A stretch of 64,000 nucleotides of DNA from Chloroflexota bacterium (GTDB lineage Bacteria; Chloroflexota; Dehalococcoidia; DSTF01; JACRBR01), in contig JANNPX010000014.1 of NCBI GenBank assembly GCA_031400455.1, positions 13,076-77,075 on the forward strand, read 5' to 3'. Of this stretch, positions 57,932 through 64,000 are shown in pieces. A model generated the notes under the pieces. The model was not told the origin of the DNA. It did no database searches and worked only from the letters and a program-made list of their open reading frames with translations. Position 1 is the first letter of the stretch, and every line of letters starts with the position of its first letter. Both the position numbers and the translations under genes were made by a program.

Positions 57932-59146
57932 GTGACGAAGAGACCTCGACTCGCCGTCAGCGTCACAATGATCGGCTCGCTCCCGCCGCAGCGCGGCGTC
58001 AGTCCATATCTGGTCGACCTGTGCACCTCGCTGGCAGCTCGCGACGACGTCGATCTCGATGTCATTGCGTTTCGGAGCCTCTATCCACGCGCGCTCTATC
58101 CCGGCGGTGACCCTGACGACGGATCAACGCCGGTTGCCGTTCGGGGCGCCGCGACCCGCCGTCCGCTTCGCTGGTGGAATCCGTTCGGCTGGCTGCTGGC
58201 TGGCCTGACGCTCAGGGGCGATATCGTCCACGCGCAGTGGTGGAGCTATCCGCTGGCGCCGATGTACGTCGTATTGCTGGCGTGCGCTCGGGTGCGGCGA
58301 AAGACCGTCGTTCTGACGATTCACAACGTAGAGCCGCATGAGGGCGGGGTGCTGCGCCGGCTGGCGAACCGGGCGGTACTGCCGTTTGCGCACCGCATCA
58401 TCGTGCACACCGAGCAGAACGCGAAGACGCTTCGGACGATGCGGCGCACTTCTACCGCGATCGATGTGATTCCAATAGGCGTGCGCGCGGCGGACGCTGT
58501 GCCTGTTGCAGCGGGTGCGGCGCGTGAGCGGATTGGCGTCGCGCCGGATGCGCCGACGGTGCTGTTCTTTGGGAATATCCGTCCGTACAAGGGAGTACCG
58601 CTGCTGTTGCGGGCGTTCCGTGATGTGCAGGCGGCGCTGCCGTTGGCGCGGCTGATCATCGCGGGCGAAGCCTGGGGCACCGGTGCGGAGGAGATCCGTG
58701 GGGAGGTCGTACGGCTGGGGCTCGATGCGGCCGTGATTGCACATCTTTCGTACCTGCCAGAGTCTGACGTGGCGCAGTATTTCGCGGCGGCGGACGTCGT
58801 CGTGTTCCCATATACGCACTTCGATGCGCAGAGCGCCGCGGCGTGCGTTGCGCTCGCGTACGGCAAGGCGATCGTCGTCACCGATACCGGCGGACTTCCG
58901 GACCTGGCGGCTGTGAACGCAGTGGTGCCCGCGAACGACCCTGCGCGGCTTGCAGGTGTGTTGCTTCGCGCACTGAGCGAACCGGCGTGGCGCGGGGAGC
59001 TGGAAGCGCAGGCGCGGGCGACCGCCGCGCGCATGAGCTGGCCCGCGGTCGCGGCGACGACGGCGGAGTTGTACGCGCAGCTCGTGCGTCCACAGGAGAC
59101 GTCGCCCGTGGCCGCGATGGAACTTCGGACGGGCGAGTCAGAATGA
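57932..59146 (+). CDS. GT4 glycosyltransferase
   Basis: HNVEPHE, FFGNIRPYKG, VFPY..QSA..A.GK..GGLP. Confidence 0.92.
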   Translation: MTKRPRLAVSVTMIGSLPPQRGVSPYLVDLCTSLAARDDVDLDVIAFRSLYPRALYPGGDPDDGSTPVAVRGAATRRPLRWWNPFGWLLAGLTLRGDIVHAQWWSYPLAPMYVVLLACARVRRKTVVLTIHNVEPHEGGVLRRLANRAVLPFAHRIIVHTEQNAKTLRTMRRTSTAIDVIPIGVRAADAVPVAAGAARERIGVAPDAPTVLFFGNIRPYKGVPLLLRAFRDVQAALPLARLIIAGEAWGTGAEEIRGEVVRLGLDAAVIAHLSYLPESDVAQYFAAADVVVFPYTHFDAQSAAACVALAYGKAIVVTDTGGLPDLAAVNAVVPANDPARLAGVLLRALSEPAWRGELEAQARATAARMSWPAVAATTAELYAQLVRPQETSPVAAMELRTGESE

Positions 59147-60216
59147 AACTGCTGATGGTGTCGCCGTACCCGATCTATCCGACGAATGACGGCGGCCGCG
59201 TGCGCATCCGTCAGATCGCTACGCACCTGTCTGAGCGGCATGATGTCCATCTGACCGCGCCGGGCGGCGACGGCGACGAGGCTTCGCCGTTCGTGTTTCA
59301 TCAATCGCCAGCAGGCGGCGGCGCGCAGCTCGTCAGCCCGCGCACCATTGCGCATCTGCATTCGCTTATCCGCGAGGTGCGTCCGGACGCGGTGCTGCTG
59401 GAGTACATGTGGCTGGCAGCGCACCTTGCGCCGTTGGCTGCCCGCGCGGGTGTACGACTGCTGCTCGATAAGCCCGATGTGGATACCGTGCGCTTTCGCC
59501 GCGCCGGCCGGCGCATCTGGCCGCTAGTGAACCTGTATGAGCGCATGGCGCTGCGACTGGCTTCTCGTGTGTACGCCACGTCGGACGTCGACCGTGATCG
59601 GCTGATCGGGCTGGGCGCTCGGGCGAGCAGCACGAGCATTGTGCCGAACGGCGTGGACACGGCGGTCTTTCGTCCGGGCGATGCGGATGTGCGGGCGCTC
59701 ACACGTGCATCGCTCGGGGTTGGGCCTGATGACGCGATGCTGTTCTTCTTCGGGCAGCTTTCGTACGCGCCGAACGCCGATGCGATTGGCGGACTGGTGC
59801 GGCTGATGCCGTCGCTGCCGCCTTCGTTTCGGCTGTTCGTCGCCGGCCGCGGTCCGGTCGATGACCTACGCCGAGAGTATGGGTCGGTGCGCGTCACGTT
59901 CCTCGGCGCCGTCGATGCGGTGGCGCCGCTGCTGCGGGCGGCTGACGCTGTGCCGGCGCTCGTGACCCACGGGAGCGGCACACGGCTGAAGATCCTCGAA
60001 AGCCTGGCCTGCGGCGTGCCGACGGTGACGACTCCGGTTGGCGCGGAAGGTCTGGATCGCGCGATTTGCGGCGATCACCTGCGCGTTGTGACACCAGGCG
60101 GTGACATCGGCGGCGCCATCATCGATGCCGTGCGCACGCGCCACGCAATGCCGGGCTCACGCTTCGTGCAGACATACGACTGGCGATCGATCGTCGGGCG
60201 GATGGAGGTCGCATGA
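59143..60216 (+). CDS. GT4 glycosyltransferase
   Basis: PTNDGG, VPNGVD, YAPN, GSGTRLKILESLACGVP. Confidence 0.92.
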   Translation: MKLLMVSPYPIYPTNDGGRVRIRQIATHLSERHDVHLTAPGGDGDEASPFVFHQSPAGGGAQLVSPRTIAHLHSLIREVRPDAVLLEYMWLAAHLAPLAARAGVRLLLDKPDVDTVRFRRAGRRIWPLVNLYERMALRLASRVYATSDVDRDRLIGLGARASSTSIVPNGVDTAVFRPGDADVRALTRASLGVGPDDAMLFFFGQLSYAPNADAIGGLVRLMPSLPPSFRLFVAGRGPVDDLRREYGSVRVTFLGAVDAVAPLLRAADAVPALVTHGSGTRLKILESLACGVPTVTTPVGAEGLDRAICGDHLRVVTPGGDIGGAIIDAVRTRHAMPGSRFVQTYDWRSIVGRMEVA

Positions 60217-62456
60217 CCGAAGCCGCCGCGCAGATGGCGCGACGTTTGTGGTACGTGACCGGGATGCTGATGGTGGCTGCGCTCGTGCGCCCGCGCAGGC
60301 AGGCCGAAGCGGTCGCTTTGCCGCGGGCGCGGCAGCCGCAGTTGCTCTGGGCGCCGCGCGTTCAGAATTGGCCGGGCGTCAAAGCGCGCTGGTCGGCGCG
60401 AGCGGGGATGCTGGGCCTGGTGGCGGTGCTGGTGGCGGCGATTCTCAGCCGGGTTCGGTACATCGTTGCCTTTGACGGGACGTACGGCAGTGGCGACGCT
60501 CACGGGATTCTCGTTCGCGCGCTCTTTCTGCGCGAGGGCAATCTCACGCCTTCGCCGCAGGTGGCGCTGACCAGCAACATCTTCGACCAGCCGCCGCTGT
60601 TGCCCGCCGCGCTTGCATTGCTCTCGCGCGTGCCGGGCGTATCGCTCGAGATCGCACCGCTGATCCTGATGCCGGCGCTGACGCTGGTTGCGGTTGTCGT
60701 GTTGTACCGGCTGCTGGCGCGCACGCTGGGTATGCCGATGGCGGTTGCCGCGTCGCTGGTGTTCGCCGTGTTTCCGCGCTGGTCGTTTGATTCGACGGAG
60801 CCCGACAAGGGGCCTGCCGTTGTGAGCCTGTTCATCTTCGCCCTCGCCGCAACGGAAGCGGGTAACCGCGATCGACGGTTCCTGCTGCTCGGTGGCTTCT
60901 TCTTGGCCCTGGCGATGATGACGCATACGACGGCGTACTTCTTTCTGCCGGTGCTGCTAAGCGCGCACCTGGCGTGGAACGCCGGCTCGATTCGGAGCGC
61001 ATTCAGCAAACACGCCGTGGCCGCGCTGGCGCTCCCGGCACTCGCCGTCATCGCGTATTTCGTGCTGGCGCGGCAGTTCGCGGGGCCACCGCTTGAGGAT
61101 GCGACCGGAGCGGCGGCGGGCGGCGTATTGCCGTCGTTCGTGCAGACGTATGTGGACGCGATGAAGAACCTCGTGACCGGCGGCTTCAGCGAGAGTGCCT
61201 GGGGCGTGTACTTTACGGGCATTCGCGACCAGCTCGGCTGGCCGTTGTTCGTCTGCGCGGTAGGTGGCTTCGTGGTGGCCGCGTATCAGATGGTGATTCA
61301 GCGCCGTTGGGAACTGGCGCCGTACGTGTTGTGGGCGGGGCTGGTGACGCTGGCGTTCGCGATTCAGTATCCGGCCGCGTCGCATGCCAGCCGCTATCCC
61401 GGGTACGTGACGCCGGCGTACATCGTGCTGGCGTGCTACTTCGGGCTGAAGCTCGGTGGGTTAGCGGCGCTCTGGCGCAGCAGGCTGCCGCGGATTGCCG
61501 GCGCGTGTGGCCTCGCGGCGATCGCAGGGTATGCGGGGGCGACATACGCGCTGGCGCCCGATCCGGGGCTGCGCGACCTGTACGCTTCGCACGCGAAGGC
61601 TGGCAGCTATATCGACGAGCGGTCGCTGCTGGACGACGGTGGCGTGCTGTACATGGGGTGGCCATCGATCACGTTGAGCATCCTGGAGCCGCGGCCGGAC
61701 TACGAGGATCGCCTATTCACATTCGGGTTCGGGTTGCGGCACCTAGAGTCCATCGACGCGGAGTTCCTCCGAAGTAACAACATCCACTACTACCTCCACG
61801 ATCACACGGGCAGCGACTATTACCAGTCGGCCGACGCTGTGCTGGACACGTTCGCGCGCACCATATTGCTCGAGGAAGTGGCAACCTTCACCGGCCGGCC
61901 GGGGTCCTACACAACGTTGTACCGGCTACGGGAGCGCACGAACGTTGCGACTGACGCTCTGCCAGCGATGTTCGCTGCGGCCCGCACGTCCCCGTCCCGG
62001 AACGTCGATCTCGCGAATGGTGGACTCTGCGTGCGAAGTGACGGCGCGCTCTCTGACTGGAGCGGGAATGGGATCGTGTCCTTCGAGGCCTCGCGGCAAG
62101 GGGCGAACGGCTGCGGCGTGGCCGTGACGAACTCCAAGGAATGGGGCGGCGTCCGTCAGACGGTGCCGTTCAGCGTGCCGGGGCAGCCGTTCACGACGAT
62201 CGCCGCGTTGCGACCGCTCGCGTCCGATCCCGCCAGCGACGCGGTGGTGTCGATCTTCGCCGGGTCGCTCGAGATTGGCGAAGCGTCTACGCCGCTGTAT
62301 CCAGGATTGAACTACGTCGTGCTGGAGGCGTTCACACCGGCGAGCGGCGATTCGATCCGAGTCGTTGTTTCGACCGGCGCGGGGGACGATGGTGATGTCG
62401 CCATCGACGGCGTCGCGATCACCGATGGACTGCTTGGTAGCCAGCCGGCGCGCTAA
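60213..62456 (+). CDS. GT-C membrane glycosyltransferase with a C-terminal beta-sandwich (CBM-like) domain
   Basis: GSGDAHG, DQPPL, multi-TM core, SRY; C-terminal LANGG..W..GVRQTV..IDGVAI. Confidence 0.78.
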   Translation: MTEAAAQMARRLWYVTGMLMVAALVRPRRQAEAVALPRARQPQLLWAPRVQNWPGVKARWSARAGMLGLVAVLVAAILSRVRYIVAFDGTYGSGDAHGILVRALFLREGNLTPSPQVALTSNIFDQPPLLPAALALLSRVPGVSLEIAPLILMPALTLVAVVVLYRLLARTLGMPMAVAASLVFAVFPRWSFDSTEPDKGPAVVSLFIFALAATEAGNRDRRFLLLGGFFLALAMMTHTTAYFFLPVLLSAHLAWNAGSIRSAFSKHAVAALALPALAVIAYFVLARQFAGPPLEDATGAAAGGVLPSFVQTYVDAMKNLVTGGFSESAWGVYFTGIRDQLGWPLFVCAVGGFVVAAYQMVIQRRWELAPYVLWAGLVTLAFAIQYPAASHASRYPGYVTPAYIVLACYFGLKLGGLAALWRSRLPRIAGACGLAAIAGYAGATYALAPDPGLRDLYASHAKAGSYIDERSLLDDGGVLYMGWPSITLSILEPRPDYEDRLFTFGFGLRHLESIDAEFLRSNNIHYYLHDHTGSDYYQSADAVLDTFARTILLEEVATFTGRPGSYTTLYRLRERTNVATDALPAMFAAARTSPSRNVDLANGGLCVRSDGALSDWSGNGIVSFEASRQGANGCGVAVTNSKEWGGVRQTVPFSVPGQPFTTIAALRPLASDPASDAVVSIFAGSLEIGEASTPLYPGLNYVVLEAFTPASGDSIRVVVSTGAGDDGDVAIDGVAITDGLLGSQPAR

Positions 62457-62483
62457 CCGCGCGGTTCACGCTGCTGAGTCGGG

Positions 62484-63452
62484 ATGGGAAGGACGTGTCA
62501 GATGGTCGCGCAGCAAGAAGCTCCGAGTGTGAGCAGGGCCGGGCGAGCGCATCGAGGCGTGCTTGCGGCCTTCCGGGTTGTGGCGCGGCCGTTCGTGGGG
62601 ACACAGCTCGGAACGTCGATCACGCGACACGTCCCGTTCGCGCGGGACGTGTATTACGGGCTGTATTCGCGGGTGTCGCACACGCGGATCGATGTTGCGA
62701 CGCCATCGGGGATGTTGACGGTGGATCTGACGGACCGGAGCGTGGCGCAGAAACTGTATCTCGGGTGCGCTTACGAGCCGAAGGAGTACGAGCTGCTCTC
62801 CCGTCTGCTGGAGCCGGGGATGACGTTCTTCGACGTCGGCGCCCACGTGGGGTATTACACGCTGCTTGCGTCGAAGCGCGTCGGTGCGGGCGGGCGGGTG
62901 GTCGCGTTTGAGCCGGATACGCGCAACTTCCAGTTGCTGACGGAAAACGTGCGAAGTAACGGGCTCACGAACGTCGAGCCTGTCAACATGGCTGTCGGAA
63001 GTCATGACGGTGATCTTCAGCTCTATCGTGATCCCGACTACGCAGGCGACCATCGCATCCACGCCATCGCCGGGCGCGCATCGATTACCGTACGGTGCAC
63101 GACGCTCGACGCATTCTGCTCGGGCGGGAGCGGGCCTGACGTGATGAAGATGGATGTACAAGGTGCGGAAGGCGAGGTGCTTGCCGGGATGATGCGCTTA
63201 CTCCGAGAGGCGCCGCCGCGGGCGATTGTCGCCGAGTACTGGCCGGCCGAGCTTGCGTCCGTGGGCACCGATCCTCAACAACTTGTCGATGGTGTGCTCG
63301 CGTCGGGCTACACCGTCTACAACGTGCCGGATGAGTCCGCGGCCGTGCGCGTCGACGATGTCGCGGCACTCGTGCGGTCGCTCCCCGGTGCGCAGGACTA
63401 CACGAATCTCCTGTTTGTCAGGAACGACAGTCTGCCGGGCTGGCTGCCGTGA
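62484..63452 (+). CDS. FkbM-family methyltransferase
   Basis: YEP, DVGAHVGYYT, AFEP, KMDVQGAE..VL.GM. Confidence 0.93.
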   Translation: MGRTCQMVAQQEAPSVSRAGRAHRGVLAAFRVVARPFVGTQLGTSITRHVPFARDVYYGLYSRVSHTRIDVATPSGMLTVDLTDRSVAQKLYLGCAYEPKEYELLSRLLEPGMTFFDVGAHVGYYTLLASKRVGAGGRVVAFEPDTRNFQLLTENVRSNGLTNVEPVNMAVGSHDGDLQLYRDPDYAGDHRIHAIAGRASITVRCTTLDAFCSGGSGPDVMKMDVQGAEGEVLAGMMRLLREAPPRAIVAEYWPAELASVGTDPQQLVDGVLASGYTVYNVPDESAAVRVDDVAALVRSLPGAQDYTNLLFVRNDSLPGWLP

Positions 63453-64000
63453 CGTTTGGCAATAGCCGGTCGCGCGGTCGACGAGGTACGGCGTCTGTGC
63501 TGGCTTCGTCGCTGCGTGCGATGTCGCTCACGCTGAGATCTGGTACCACGGAGTACATCGCTGCGGAAGGCATCAACCGCTGCTGCCGATTCCTGCTGCT
63601 TCTCGTCATCGCGCACCATGTCGGGGCGGCGGGGTTTGGGGACTGGGTGATCGCCGTTGCACTCGGCACCGTGCTCTCGAACGCCGGCGATCTCGGCCTG
63701 GCGACGGAGATCACGCGCGAACTCTCTGCACGGCCTGGGCGGCTGCGGGCCTGTTTGCAGAGTATGTGGATCGCGGTGCTGGCAGCGGGAGGCGTTTCTA
63801 CGCTTGCGCTGGGCGCGGTCGCGCTGGTGCTAAGCAGCGGCGACGCGCGAACGATCCTGCTTTGCGCGGGCATTGGCGGCGTCCTCGAGAGCGCGGCGCT
63901 GCTACTGCTTGCGCCACTGCGCGCGACGCAGCGCCTGCGCCCCGAGGGGGCGATGCGCGCGCTACAGGGCGTAATCCTGCTGGCAGGGGGACTGGCCTTG
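63449..64000 (+). CDS. Oligosaccharide flippase (Wzx-like), 3'-truncated by the window edge
   Basis: GTGA overlap with the FkbM stop; hand translation of the 5' part gives ..GAAGFGDW..GDLGLATEITRE.. within hydrophobic segments. Confidence 0.8.
   Translation, partial: MTFGNSRSRGRRGTASVLASSLRAMSLTLRSGTTEYIAAEGINRCCRFLLLLVIAHHVGAAGFGDWVIAVALGTVLSNAGDLGLATEITRELSARPGRLRACLQSMWIAVLAAGGVSTLALGAVALVLSSGDARTILLCAGIGGVLESAALLLLAPLRATQRLRPEGAMRALQGVILLAGGLAL

Overview
High-GC bacterial chromosomal window. The gene content suggests an aerobic Chloroflexota, probably Dehalococcoidia-like; this is inferred from the multiple LLM/F420-type oxidoreductases, dockerin-like and LPxAG-type C-termini, a soluble-AC-like STAND cyclase and a split cytochrome b. 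From left to right it contains: the 3' part of acnA; a methyltransferase; three LLM oxidoreductases; an SDR; an isolated scaffold + major capsid protein pair with no other phage genes; a RAYT transposase with REPs; an in-frame NagB-ThiE fusion; an orphan TadE-TadG-TadE cassette; a b6f-like Rieske/cyt b operon ending in a cytochrome c-cupredoxin fusion; an iron/B12-type ABC importer; and an MFS transporter. The middle holds a divergent module: a cNMP-patatin and MacB-type exporter on one side, and on the other a 2082-aa secreted C25-like protease with about 27 (R/Q)LSSI pentapeptides followed by a double-cyclase STAND-TPR protein. The right part holds a steroid side-chain-type cluster (DUF35 x2, ltp4, ltp3, fadD19, echA19-like) and a surface glycosylation locus that runs off the end. 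The best novelty candidates are the orphan capsid/scaffold pair, the cyclase-patatin-RLSSI protease module and the NagB-ThiE fusion. No rRNA, tRNA or CRISPR array was seen. All calls are by motif recognition; no database searches were run.
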